Origin: Lingula anatina
Lineage: Eukaryota > Animalia > Brachiopoda
Assembly (NCBI GenBank): GCA_051362555.1
Contig: CM120647.1
Coordinates: 11,942,651 to 12,006,650 of the forward strand
Direction: 5' to 3'
DNA length: 64,000 nt
Positions 1 to 13,719 of the stretch are shown here, one piece after another; positions within the stretch are counted from its first letter, which is position 1, and each line of letters begins with the position of its first letter. The position numbers were made by a program, and so were the translations under genes. The notes under the pieces were generated by a model that saw nothing but the letters and a program-made list of their open reading frames with translations, was not told where the DNA came from and ran no database searches.

Positions 1-311
1 TGAGGAAAAAAATTTTAAAAAAATTCTTATTCCCTTTGATGTCCAGTTTTAACCTACTACATGTGCAAACTAGTGTTTTCTCAAACACATCGACATTACA
101 TAAGTATGCAAATCATAACTTCGTTCGCGGCTTGAATCCTTATGATATATCATTTTAAACATTTCGCATCCTGTGTATGCTTACTTGGAATTAAATATGT
201 AGGTAAAACCCTACACGAGCCATTGACTACAGTTATGTGTGCATATTTTGAACTATATTTCTTCCTGCATTAGATGCCGCCATGCCCAGGCATTGACCAT
301 AAACGAATCTA

Positions 312-451
312 AGGCCCCATTCAGAATAGGGGACTAACTAGTCCGAGGGTCAAGTATGGCGACACACTACAAAGCTTGCCGTCTATTCCTCTAATAGACA
401 CTTATATCCCGTGGCGATGTTATAGTTAGTCCCCTGTTGTGAATGAGGCCC
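312..451. mobile_element. Harbinger/Tourist-like MITE, family 1
   Basis: Inverted ends GGCCCCATTCAGAATAGGGGACTAACTA / TAGTTAGTCCCCTGTTGTGAATGAGGCC; internal TAATAGACACTTA shared in reverse with 46130-46289. Superfamily inferred from GG..CATTC termini and TAA-like flanks. Confidence 0.6.
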
Positions 452-670
452 AAGGCTCAGAAGATGTCGGCATTAGGTACAATTGAGATAAGCTTTTATT
501 TGAGGAGAGATTATTGCATTTAAGGTCTGACTTGGGAGAGATAATTACCTTTGCAGATGCGTGCGAGTTATCTTTCATATCACATTGATATCACATAATT
601 ATGCAAATTATGCTTATTGCGTCAGCTTTACATCAGCCGCGACAATATCCATAGCTGGAAGGACATATCA

Positions 671-707
<37 letters not shown>

Positions 708-773
708 CCGGCTTGTGGAGCACAAGGTCGTCCAGAGATCTGAAGGTCGCTGGTTCAATCCCGGCTCGCGGCA
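671..773 (+). tRNA. trnF-GAA: tRNA-Phe(GAA) with 30-nt intron (708-737), copy 1
   Basis: Acceptor stem GCCGCGA/TCGCGGC, D-arm GCTCAGTTGGGAGAGC, anticodon arm TCAGA-CTGAAG^A-TCTGA with GAA at 704-706, T-arm GCTGG-TTCAATC-CCGGC. Removing 708-737 gives a canonical 73-nt eukaryotic tRNA-Phe. T5 Pol III terminator at 777-781. Confidence 0.95.
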
Positions 774-1019
774 GTGTTTTTCAATATATTTATTTTATTT
801 TGTTTTATTTTTTTCTGAATAATGTCACATCTTTCTTAAGGTATACTTTATGCATTCAATTCTAGTTTAATGTCTAATTCATTGGTAACAATTAGATATG
901 ATTCGGGCATTTTCAAATGCGCGCAAATTACATTTTATCTGACATCAGTAAGCCAATTATCCCTAATTATATCACTTTATATCAGCGGCGACACTATCCA
1001 CCATTATGAAGGCATGAAA

Positions 1020-1056
<37 letters not shown>

Positions 1057-1122
1057 TCGGCTTGTGAAGCACAAGGTCGTCCAGAGATCTGAAGGTCGCT
1101 GGTTCAATCCCGGCTCGCGGCA
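1020..1122 (+). tRNA. trnF-GAA: tRNA-Phe(GAA) with 30-nt intron (1057-1086), copy 2
   Basis: Mature sequence identical to copy 1, 349 bp downstream; intron differs at 2 positions; T6 terminator at 1125-1130. Confidence 0.95.
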
Positions 1123-1333
1123 CATTTTTTCTTTTTAAAGTTCAAACTAAAAGTTTAGTCATCTTGCGTTTGTTTAATTTCGGGACATATATGTTTTACA
1201 TTGGTTATTTACAAAACAGCCATGGGCCAAATAATTACCCGTCAAAGTAGACTCGAAAACCTTAATTAGTACAAACCACCATCTGGTGGAATAATTAAAA
1301 GAGAATAGTTTGAATAGCGAGGAAGACACATAC

Positions 1334-4300
1334 CACAACGCTGTTCATCCGCTCCCCCGGGGCACTGGCTCGTGCCATCACATCTCTGGGAGGCTGGGAT
1401 ACAACTCTTGTCACCACACTCGAACTCTGAGGTGGAACAGCTTGCTAGAATATTCATATTGTACATCGTCAGAATTAAATTATTTCATGAAAGTAATAAC
1501 TTATACAGATTGCTTCTGCAATTTCATCATATCATCATTTCCAATATTTTGTTCATATTTTATAAACATATATTTGTATTTTTGTAGCTTATTTTTTAAA
1601 ACTTTTTACCCTAAGTAACCATTAAATAATATTTAGGTATAGGCTGCAAAATAATGTTTAAGGTCCCCCCAAAAAATAGCCATTTTTATTCATAATATCT
1701 CATCTTTCTTATCCATTTCAGTAAAGTCTTATACATGATGGGACTTACGACAGTTTTCCTCGTCCCAGCCGTCATTACAGTCCCTGTAGCTGTCACATAG
1801 CCACTCTCTCATGATACACTTGGCCTCTCCTGGACACTTCACCCTGTTCACTGGACACTCTGGAATGAGAGGGGAAATTATGGACGTTTTATTTATATCG
1901 GTGATAACGAGGATATAGTTCTCGTGGTAGTTTTCTTAGCTCGAGGTCTGTATAATTTGTCTTTCTAATGTTTTTTGACATTTCAATAATCTCCTCTATT
2001 AGGTGCGGGCATTAATCGTATTATTTGAATGTTTTGCAAGTAACTGACATATAAATTCATATACAACAATTTGCATGCATATAAATAATTGTCTTCCAGA
2101 TCCGTAACTTGTATACCTTGGATTAGCTTTTTGTAAGTTAATTTTAATGTCAAAGTTTGAAAATGATGAGGCTGTTTCTGGTCGCTTACAGTATATACCA
2201 CAACTATGATCTAAAAGCACATATTTGATGTTTTAAAAAAATGTAAATTAAAAAAATCTTGGGCAGCGTAAATGTATTCTAATCGTTGACTGAACCTACC
2301 ACAATTCATTTCATCACTTCCGTCCAAACACTGAGAGAAGTTATCGCAGCGCTGATAGGACGGAATACACTGCTTGTTGTTACAGGCAAACTCAAGCTCC
2401 GTGCATGCTGCAAAAAATGAAAAGCAATACCACGTCCAGAATCATTCAAAGCAGGGGCAAGCAAATAATTATACGACACGCCACTAACAAGAAAGTTTGC
2501 CACAACAAACGTGCTGTTAAATGAACCCAGTTTAAAAACCAAAAATACATGAACGCCATAATCAAATTATATATCAGCTTGTGAAATGTAAGCAAATTAA
2601 GTGTACTTTAAGTTATTACAACAAGAGATAAAATCATATCATGTTAGTATAGTACTGCGTAGCGAGAGTCAATGTTATTACAACTCTTCAACAACACTGC
2701 ACATCTTCTGGCAAACAACAGCAACAGCATATGTTACACGCGATTCACAAACACAAATTGAAAATTATTTCACTCGGCAGTCCTGGAGTAAAATGGTCCA
2801 TTTCTTTAATAAACGAAAATAAGTCCTGAAAAAATAAGACGTGATTAATTTACTCGTCTCTTTTACTTACCTTCGTAAACACAGTCGGTCGTTTTCAGTG
2901 TGACGTCATCAATAGCGATATCCCCCTGGTCTTCCAGGCCACGCCCCTTCGTTTGAACTTTGAAACCTATCTGCGTGGTACCACGTGGTGCCTGAGCCTG
3001 ACCCCTAATCCAATCATTTCTTCGCTCACCTTGAGCTATGAATATTGTACTCTCTGATCCTGATACCTGCTTCGAGAGTACGGTGAGTCTCCCAATGTCA
3101 AGGCCGTACATATGGTAGTAGAATTCCACGCAGTGTGACGTTGCATTGTTAATTATACTCGGCGACCACAGGGTGGATGTGGTCGGGAGAATACTGCGAG
3201 AGTTCTCCACATACATGTATGCTCCTGAGGTGAACAAATGGTATTACAATTAAGTTTAGAATAATTGATTTTCTGGACTTTCAACTGATGAACAAAAAAT
3301 TAAGATGTGTTGGCTATTAAATACATCTCATGTCGCACAACTCATTCTATATCTAAGAGATATGAAAGTTTTTGAATACAAAGCAAAAAAAAAAAAATAA
3401 TAATAATAATAAATAACACACTCAAGTCCTTGCCATCTAAACAATCCCCTTAAAGCCGACGTCATATCTAATAAAAATATGACGTCATATTCAGCTTAAG
3501 GTGACGTCATATTACACCTACCTTCTGATGTCCTAAAGGTGTGGTCAGCTGCGGGGCCGGTCCCAGCTGTAAACGTTTGCCCTTTGAACCGGCGCCATGG
3601 CAGACGCTGGTTTGGGGCATTTTGGTAACCGCAGGCATTGTCCGACTCAAAGGTGCACGTGACACTTTTACCTACAATGTTAATAGAAAAAAAATTAGGC
3701 GTTAGGAAAATCCTTTGATTCTCTAAAATTGTGACATTGATTTTTCAGTAACTTTGAGGTTATTTGAAATGACCGAGAGAAAAGAAATATTATTATGAAT
3801 TCTGCACATGATGTGAAACGTTAACAGGCACATTCTAATCACCTGAACATAGCTATAGACAACCAAATGCTATGTACTGGAGAGAAAACTGTCTTGCTGA
3901 ATAAGGACAAAAGTACATCCTTTATCAACTTACCAATTTGGCACACAAGTTCCGACTCATCAAAGCCGTCCGAGCAGTCCAGTCTTCCATTGCAGAGTAA
4001 GTCTCTGTTGATGCAAGTCCCGTTTAGACAGGCGATTTGGTCCGTTAGGAAACACGGCACTGGAACACACAGCGACGGGACTTAAATATCTTAACAAGTT
4101 AGCTGAAAAACTAGTGTAAACTTTATGTAACTAGTGTAAACCCTATGTACAAGTGATTAATGACATGCCATTACACATAATTCACTACTTTATATTTCCC
4201 TTTATTCATTAGATGTTGAAACACCATCTCATGTTTGATGCAATGAAAGTGTTCTGAGGTATAAATGGCTACTTGAAATTATTCTCGTTCACCAAAAACA

Positions 4301-7300
4301 GTCGTTTATACTTTGGATGAATCGTGTGACTTCGGAAAAGGCAGCAGTGTTGGAAATGTCAAATTCTTCTTTCAAGGTGTCGTTTAGTTTTTATCACATA
4401 CTTCCCGAAGATACTTTACTGTGCTGCGTGCATGCAAGCAGCAGTGGAAAAAAGGGAAACAAACTATCAGGCTGCGCATGCAGATATGTAGTTCACTAAA
4501 CATAACACGTAGGCACACAAACTAATAAACAAACAAACAAATAAACTAACAAACAAACAAACAAACAAACACGACGGGTACAGTTCAAACGAGGCTCAAG
4601 TCTGCTTTAGGACGACAGTCGTACAAAAACAAAACAAAAATGAGCTGCAGTGGTCTTCCCAATTATTTTCTTCTGGAAATTGAAAGCAGAAAGTGCCAAT
4701 TTTGCATGCAAATATAAAGATACACATGGAAATAAAATGATCTGCTAAAATCTATTCGGCATGAACACGTTTACAGCGTAACGTGATGGCTCAAAAACAA
4801 GACATGCTTGGGTGATAGAGAGGGTTTCAAAACACACCGTGCGGTCACCTGACCACAGTACCTCTAGACGGCATCGTCCACAGGACTGTCGTTATATTCA
4901 GCGCTAGCTGCGTTGTTGTCATCTTTGGCTGAGTTGTCGTGATAGAGTCACTTTCTGCTATGCACATTAGGTAATGAGATAATGAACGTATAGAATCACC
5001 AACCAGCATATATATTGCCTTTGATATCTTTTTTCTACAAAATGTGTAAATTAAACATTTTGCCTTTCCATTATTGTGAAAGTAAAGTGGTCCATCTTTT
5101 TTACTTTTGCCATTATGTCTCGAACAAGTAAGACAGGACCTACCTTGTATTAGTACGTCGGGCTGTATGTCAATCTTGAGGGTCTTGTCTCCCCTGGCTT
5201 TGGTTATACCGGTCTCCATGTCCTTCTCTACGACTCTTGGAGTAAGGGGCTCTTTTGCATCGGGTGACACGAGATATATAACATTGAAATCCACCTTAAT
5301 GCTACCATTTCTGGAAGGTACAATACAACCATTAGTTTAATCTCACTGTGCCATAATTAAGAGGGGTAATGAGACTCGAAATAATGCACCTCCATCAAAC
5401 TACAGGTAGGTACAAACCATTTGACAAGGTTAAGTAGACTGTCCAACGCACGTTTTTTTTTATTTTGAAATAAAAATTTAGAAAACGCTATTTACTTGTT
5501 TTTTACCCTTTAAACATGCATACTGCGTCAATGTGATTAATTATTTATGTAGAAAAACTGTAAGAATAGTAACTGAATACCCACCGGAATCCCGATATTT
5601 CTATAGAGTTATATTGAGAACCATATGTTCCATCTTTGAGAATAACACTCATCTGAAATATTAAAATTTATGATATTCAATCGTAAATTGCTTAAACAAA
5701 AAAAGCTATAATCCACTGGTTATTTGATATGTTCCTTGAAGAAAGGCTTGAGAACTTAAAACGTCTAGATGCCAAACCAACATTTCAAGCGTGAAACGTT
5801 TACTTCATCCTTGGACATATTTCGTAATTTTGTCCATGCTTCATCTGTAGTAACGTTATATAACGAAATGGAATAACATAACGGCCGATATTACCCACCT
5901 GTTCTTTAAATGCAGTTGATAGGTTTTTATATCTTTGGGAGTTAGGATTATTGAGATCGGGGCTCCATGTTCCCTCTATCGTAGCCTCGACACTGTACTG
6001 GACTGGAGTCACAAAACATGTTTAAATAAGACAAGGTGCGTTATATGGCACAATTAATTAATTAAAAATAGTTTTCATCGACATTTTGGCACTGCTCGGT
6101 TAAACTTCAAAACATACCATGTTCATAAACTATAATTTCTATAAACAGCTAAATACATAGGCCTACAGACTTAAACTTTTTGAATTGGCATGATTTTTTT
6201 AGCTGATACTGCACGTGCGTTTGCGCTTACCCAGACCAGCTGGTCCCTGTGTGGGAGTGGGTGTTGGCATCGGCGTTGTTAACGTCTCTTCTGGTTTGTA
6301 CCCTTAACGAAAAAACAATTTTTTTCAAAAACTGTCCTATTTCTTAGTGCAGTTTAATGTCTGATTATACTGTGAATGTTTTGTTTTTTATGTTGTTTGA
6401 AAGTTGTGAGGTTGTAACTGAAAGCTTTCTTATTTTCGTGTATAGGACTACTGAAATACTGATTGCTTATAATTGAATTTTTTCTTGTTCAACTGCAAAG
6501 AAAAAAATATCACAACATTCTCCAATAACAAGCCTATATGGCAGGGATTCCAGCTTAGACCTCACATACATGTATCATACAGTGAGAATTGTCGAGTACA
6601 ACTGGGACAAGAATTACAAACTCATGTGAGACAACAGTTCCAACTTACATATTCCAAAGTATAGTCCCAGCGCAATCCCAACAGCAATGAGAAAAGCAAT
6701 CGCAACAACCACAATGATAATGACCCTTTTCTTGGCGGCGCGTTTCTGGTCCTCGCCATCGACCTTGGACGACTCCACTGCTTCAATATACGACTTTCTA
6801 CTTTCGTATTTCGGCTCCCGTCGGATACGCCCTATACCTATGTCTGGCTCATCGGTGTACGCATTCTCTGTACGCAGAATCGTATTCTCCGGGTGGGGTT
6901 TTCCGCCAGGTGCGATCTCGTAGGAGCTGTTGCGATACGCCGGATTGTCGTAGGCACCGACGTCGACGTTGTTTGGACGTACAGTGGGTTTCACAACGGC
7001 AAGATTATCATAGGCCCTAACTGGGTGTTTATAATGTTCTTCATTATCCTCCAATATTATATCCGATTGTCTTGTTCCGTCTAGTCTTTCCATATTCAGG
7101 TAGGATTTTTTAGATTCTCCCCGAGTGATATCCGCAGATCTCTCATCATAAGGTTGGAATTTATGATCATAAACGTTCCTGTACTCGTGACCAGCGACCT
7201 CTGGTGAGGCCTGCTTTGGAGGCGACGAATGCCTAGGCGGCGCTAGTTGGTCGTATTCGTCGTGTGGGTGGGGGTCCCGCCCCTCTCCACTAAATCTGTC

Positions 7301-7805
7301 CATAGGAAGATACTGTGACTCCGCCACCTCTCTGTTATCTCCCTTCTGTGAGGGTTTTTTATTACGAGAGTTTTGTGACCTGTTTTGTGGTATTTGTCTA
7401 TGCCTGCTATACGGGGACTCTTTGGCACCGTCAAATTGCCGAATTTCTGTGACATTTTTATTGTTGTAATTCCCATGGGACCCATTTTGTTCTGGTATAT
7501 TCCTATATGAGTGGTGAGGGTCTTCTCTCTCAGATCCACGGCTCCTGTTTTGCTGGGACGGGGATCTATTGGCTGAGATATTCCGATATTCATGCCCGGC
7601 AGCGCCTACAGCGCCCTCTTGAGGGATATTTCTGTATTCATGAGGAGCCGGGTCCGCGCCTGGATGACTACTAGCGCCACCATGTTTGTCTTCCTCGTAC
7701 GCATGGTTTGAATATGACCGTGGCGAATCAACTTGTTGTGAAATTGTGTTTAACTTGTTTGAATGGCCGCCACTTACAGGCTGAAATGTAAAACAAAATA
7801 AGAGA

Positions 7806-7844
<39 letters not shown>

Positions 7845-10724
7845 ACAATGAATGATAGAAATAAAACAATAAGGTGATCAATTAATGTAAACAAGTATAA
7901 ACAAACATAATCGATAATTTTAACTTTATTACCAAATTTATTAACTTTTTTCATTTATTTATATACTTTTGGAAGAAAGAGGGCATTACTTATTCATAGA
8001 CAATTATTGGAGACGGCATATTGGCTTCGTACATAACCCTTGAACACTGTGTCTAACTTGACATTTTTATTTATGTTGACTGCCACTGTAAATCCGGTCC
8101 TTGCTTTGCCTCCTGAGTTCTCCAACCCATTGCAATGCACCCCATGCTGAGTGATTTAAAGACGGCCTATTTAACCAACTAACAATAAACAACTATTTAA
8201 CTGCACGCGTCATAGATAATTAAGTTAGTGGGTCTTGCCTGAATAAGTTGTACGGAATTCAGAAAAAAACTGTCGACTTTGATGTTAAGATTCTTAGTTT
8301 TAAAAAGGTTAAATCGCCATAGTGACTTTAATTTACAGGTTTATACCCTATAGTCTACACATGTACGTTGATTTTTCAGTGTTAAGAAATACAATGCTTT
8401 GGCTTTGATGACCTCTATCCGCCTATCTTTCTCTGACACTAAAGAGGCTCTCTCTCTCTCTTTCCCTCTCCCGGTGTTATTTAATCATCAAAATCAGGAG
8501 AGAGAGAGAGAGAATGTTTCATATTACAATATCTCCAATATTATTGAACCTATATACTAGTAAGGTTAGCCTACACGGAATTGGTCCAGGGTGAACTTTT
8601 CCCTAAATTCTAATCGTGGACCGATTAAACTTATAAACAGCGTGTCAAGTCAACACAACTACATGTACCTTGCAATACCTCACTACCGGACTAAATATAA
8701 ACACACATTACCGATAATGACGCGTAAGTGCACGAACCCTCTACACATAACAGTGTATACATTATGTCAACTATCTGTTTTTCGCTTATCACCGCGGTCT
8801 AATAGAACCTCGTGTTCATTTTACCTGTCTCTCCCTCCCTCTCTCCCCCTGACACACCATCCTCCTCTTCGTCCTATCCTCCCGGCCTCCCATTTTCCAG
8901 TAAGAGGCGAGGACGGTCCACATATTGCCACACTTAACGTTATAACGGGTAAACTAGGTTAAGCCCCACTGCGTTACTTGTTGAATGTGGAATGATATTT
9001 TTATGCGGTTTTTCCAGTTGCGGCGCTTTTTGAAGTGAGTCAGACGTATTTTGATTATTCATTCATGACGATTTTACTGTTGTTTCACTAATGCGTTCTA
9101 TATGTATCTATATATATAATCATTTTACAGACAGAGATAAAAAACATTTAACGTAGAGACAGTAGCAGTATGCTTCCCAACCTGTTCTGCCCAATTATAC
9201 ATGTATAGGCCTACAATGAAAACATATTCTTCCTTTTTTATTTAGATAAGAATATGCCCTGTGAAGGTTTAATAAGCAGTGCCATTCAGACTTACAACAG
9301 AAGACGTGTCAGAATTTAGATGATTTATGCACAAATTGCATTTTAAAGAAGCAAACGCTAGGTATCTTTTTATAAAGAAAGTGACACAGTGACATTAACG
9401 GGGGGCAGAATGACAAGATTAACCCGCGCCGGATGTGAAGGAGGACGCAGTGTTCTACTTCAGCGTTCCAATTTAATGACGTGGTTATGATATTGCAGTA
9501 GGGAAACACGGCGTTCACTGAATGACATACACCGGGCTTTAATGATGAATTGTTTAATCATTCATGACGTAGTGAAAAGTACTAGATTCAATCAGCATTT
9601 AAATCTTGTCTGTAATAAAATAATGATAATGATAAGACGAGGACATTATTTTATGGGGCAGTTCACTAAAAACCTCAATACCCCTTACAGTATATCTGAA
9701 ATTATAAGAATCACCTTCAATAAAACTATATTGACATTGACAATAAAAGTAGCATAAAAATGTATATCTGCAAGATATCTAGATGCGCTCAAAATACACC
9801 AGCTAAGTCAGGCCTATTTTTGTCTATTATGTGCATTTATACAGGTTTATCTATTTCCTTCTCTGCCTTTTTTCATCTTATTTCTGTTTTCAAAGATTAT
9901 GACTTATTGTTATTATTATTTTAAAGGCAATTGGGTTATTATACAGTCCAACACCTATCAGTACCAAGAATTATATGTAAGTGTTCTTGTTTATTGTAGT
10001 AAAGTGTTGTATTGTGTTGTGTTGAGATGTGTTCTGTAGTGTTGTGCGCCAAGCACCTGTTTAGTGCAATTACTATCATTGCGTTTTAATTGCACAGTAT
10101 GACTAATCAATGCTGTGAGAACAAAGATGAACTATTTGAAATATTCGAAACATTACCATGACAGTGAAGCTTGGATATATATTTGCATTACTACTCATTA
10201 ACTGAAGATTTGGATTTCTTAAAATGTTGCCCAATTAAATGGGATTGACCGGGGATGGACATGACGTCTTAGTTCATTTAAGTTATAAAGATATAAAATA
10301 CCTTGATGAATATGGAAAAGATGTATTTAGAACCAGGGGAAAATATATGACTAAAGAATTCAAATGATTTGTGTGTGTTGGTATGTGTATTAGAAAGTTA
10401 TTCATAGATAATAATGACAACAACATTTTAACCAGTGTGACATTTTTCTCTTGGTCGACACTCGGCTGAATAAACGAAGGAAGGGTGTTTGTTACAGTAA
10501 TAGGGGCCATCAATGTCATATATGTCAGGTCACGGAGGTATGTATCTAAACGAATAAGTGGCTCGCTCCTGGAATGTGAGAGACAAACACATTCCTGTAT
10601 GCTCAATTAGATGTCAGGTGCGTATTCTCTGCGGGTGACCAGGTAGTGCATATGCTACTGAGAGGCATGGTGACAGTATTATACTGTTATTATCGGAATG
10701 TGAAGATAAATGTATTAAATGGGC

Positions 10725-10761
<37 letters not shown>

Positions 10762-13685
10762 AATATAGTGACATTTCTCTGATCACTTGTATATAAATTA
10801 ATCTTTAAAGAATTGATGAATCTGCAAAATGGTGAGTTACTAACAGTAAGCGGGTATTGCAAAGCTACACATGATGTGATTTCGCTTCACTTTGCCAAAA
10901 CGTATTAGGGATATCAATGAACTAGCTCCGCGTATAAGAGGGGGAGTGGCATTTATCGCTATGTCCTCAGAAAATCAAACAAGAAGACCGATCATCATTT
11001 TTTTCCACGAAACTAAACTCACTTTGCTCCTTCATATACTGACCTACCCTCTTGGTAAATATGAACTGTACTTTCTTGTATCAATGCCATGAAACAGATC
11101 AATAAACAAATCAAACACCGTCCCTGACTCCTCTGAACACCGTCTTACCTAAACATAATCTTACACTTCACATCGCTCTTTATCAAATACCTGAGAGATG
11201 AATCATTAAAGATTTAATTCGATGTTTCTGACATCTTTGTACAACGTCTCTTGTATATGATGTCAACAAGGGGTGTAAATAGCCCGTGCAATAATCAGTA
11301 TATCCACAAACAAAACGCTGGATGGGGAAATGCTTTATTAGCTGTATTAGGGTTAGCACAGGGCGCGTATTGTATACATTTAAATGTGCATAGTCCATAG
11401 CATGGGCATTTATTAACAAAGGAAACTACCCTCTATCAGGGCAACAGACTGATTTTTCACAGATATTCACAGATATGGCTCTAGATAAATAGTCATTTTG
11501 GTCTGATGTCGCCTCAGCTAAAAATGTCCACAATAATAACTGCGGCCCTGGTAGAGGGTAAAAGGAAACCAACCATTCATCCATCAATCCATAAATCTAC
11601 GGAGTCTCGTTAAATCTGGTGTGGGGATAACATGCAATTTAGGATATTTAAGGCTTTTACAGGGGTTTGGTTTTGACAAGCATTTTCATTCAGTAAGCAT
11701 CGTGCACCATTCGAGATATAAATTAAAGTTGCTTCAAAATCACTGAAATTTCCTGCGGGCAATTTAACGCGCTGATGAACTATACTTATCGCGTAACAGA
11801 TTTGCGGTAAAGAAACCCAAGATTGTATAAACACGCCTGAAAACATATAGCATTATAGCACTATTAGATTGTGTACAGGTAGTTTCTACTTATTGAGGTC
11901 GCGTGTGCTTTACCCGCATACTTAAAGCAGTGCATCATTATCGCTCGTCAGCCGCACGTTGAGTAACAACAAGACGAAACCAACTTCTACGTTATATACT
12001 GCTTGATCATTACTGGTCAGCTATATGAGTTAAAACTGCAACATATTTCATGTCTCTCGGCCTATTCAAATTGTTGGAATTGGCAGAAGTTATTTATAAA
12101 CCGGTTTATCCATTCATTTATTAAAATAATATACATACGTAGTCTACTTGGCTTGCGATATCTCAAATTTTATTTATGAATTCATGTAAAAAAAGTAAAT
12201 TCGAATTATAGTTACCCATGTGATCAGTAACAGGAGATGGTTAAATATGTAATGACACAGGGTCGTGTCCTGAAAGAAATGAGGAAAGGGGGGCAGCTAG
12301 TGAGGGCCTACAATACACGAGTACAATATAAGCAGGGCGTTTATAGCGTCTGTGGTACTCATCTTGACGCTGACTGAAGGAAAAGTAAGATACTTTTGAT
12401 AGGCCGATAGAGAGAAAAAGGGTTAATACTCGCAGTGAGTTAACTAACTTGGGAAGACAGTATAGTTAAAGTTAACTGCCAACTTATAGTTGCCAAGACC
12501 TGCTGCCGATTTTTAGAATGAAGGAGAGGTTTTATCTATAAATAATGTTAAACGTATAGCTTAAGTAATATTCACGGGGATAGATCGATCTAAATGTCTG
12601 GGAATACGCCCTTAGTGTCTTAGATTTCTATATAGAACTGCCATGTTCTACTGCTTCAAATTCTATATCTCTTTATATATGGGTGAGACTAAAATAAAAT
12701 ATATTGAATCTTAAAGCAAATACGAGCACATCTCACATAATACCGCTCTTATCTTAGATGGCTGTCGCTGATAAGGACAATTTTTCGACAGATACGCCAG
12801 CGTGACAGCTAAATTGCGGAATCCACGTGACTTGAAGTAGCTACACTTGCAATCAAGACAATGGTCGTGGAGGGTGGGGACCAGGCAACATAACTTCGAA
12901 AGTTCAAAATCCTTCGTCTCAAAATTCCATGTATTTTATCTTGTAGAAAGTGGCGGTGTTTGCAAAAAGTAAAATAAGCGTTTGTAAATACACGATATGT
13001 AAACATCCTTTTCTTCATAGTCATTTTTCTAAATTTGGACGTAATATACTGATACTGGTAGTTATCAGAGGTCAGCAGAAAAGGCATCTGTTATATCACT
13101 GTATGGCCGAGTCTCAATAAGATAAATGGGAGTTGAAAATTTTTCATCGTGTTTCAGTTTCGAGAGATGACTCAGAAGTTGTGGAGAAATCATGAATTAT
13201 CAAGGAGATTTCTATAAGTGTTATGCGGGTTTGAATTGTGAATTTACCTTTCGCGCTGATTTCGGAACTGCATCATCTGCTAGTATATTAGAAGTGCCAA
13301 CATTAATTTCCCTATAGCTTTAAAATTAAACTCATACTTTATCAGCAAATATTTCTATTCGAGTTATTTTGGTTGTTGACAAAGCAACTTCTACGTGACA
13401 AATATGATTGAACTTTTCATAGTCAATATAACGAATGCAATGAAACTGTGGCCATGCAACATCACGACTACTGAAAAACCTACCACGTTACATTAGTGAG
13501 TAGAAATTTGTGTGACATTCTTTCATTTCATGTGTAATGTGTGAAAACAGACCAATAATTCTCACCAAAACCGACTCATCGTCAAATTATTTATCTTTTG
13601 AAAAGAGAGCATGGCCCTCTACATCGAAAAGATATGTGAGTCCTTACTCGCTGCCACAGGACAGTATGGTGACTACACCATTTCT

Positions 13686-13719
<34 letters not shown>

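Noticed and set aside
617-1067. Two short ORFs sharing AAIAQLGERQTE
   Set aside because: They are translations of the tRNA genes.
671-1122. tRNA-Sec, tRNA-Leu/Ser long variable arm, or tRNA-derived SINE
   Set aside because: The extra 30 nt lie in the anticodon loop at 37/38, not the variable arm; acceptor stems are perfect and followed directly by T-run terminators with no SINE body.
1-1333. Further exons of the SEA/MAM gene (e.g. a protease domain)
   Set aside because: No phase-compatible exon with recognisable motifs found; the gene presumably continues beyond the window.
7781-7954. Hydrophobic N-terminus (LFIYLFIY) of the 446-aa ORF as signal/TM
   Set aside because: Translation of an intronic (TAAA)n microsatellite upstream of the acceptor at 7781-7782.
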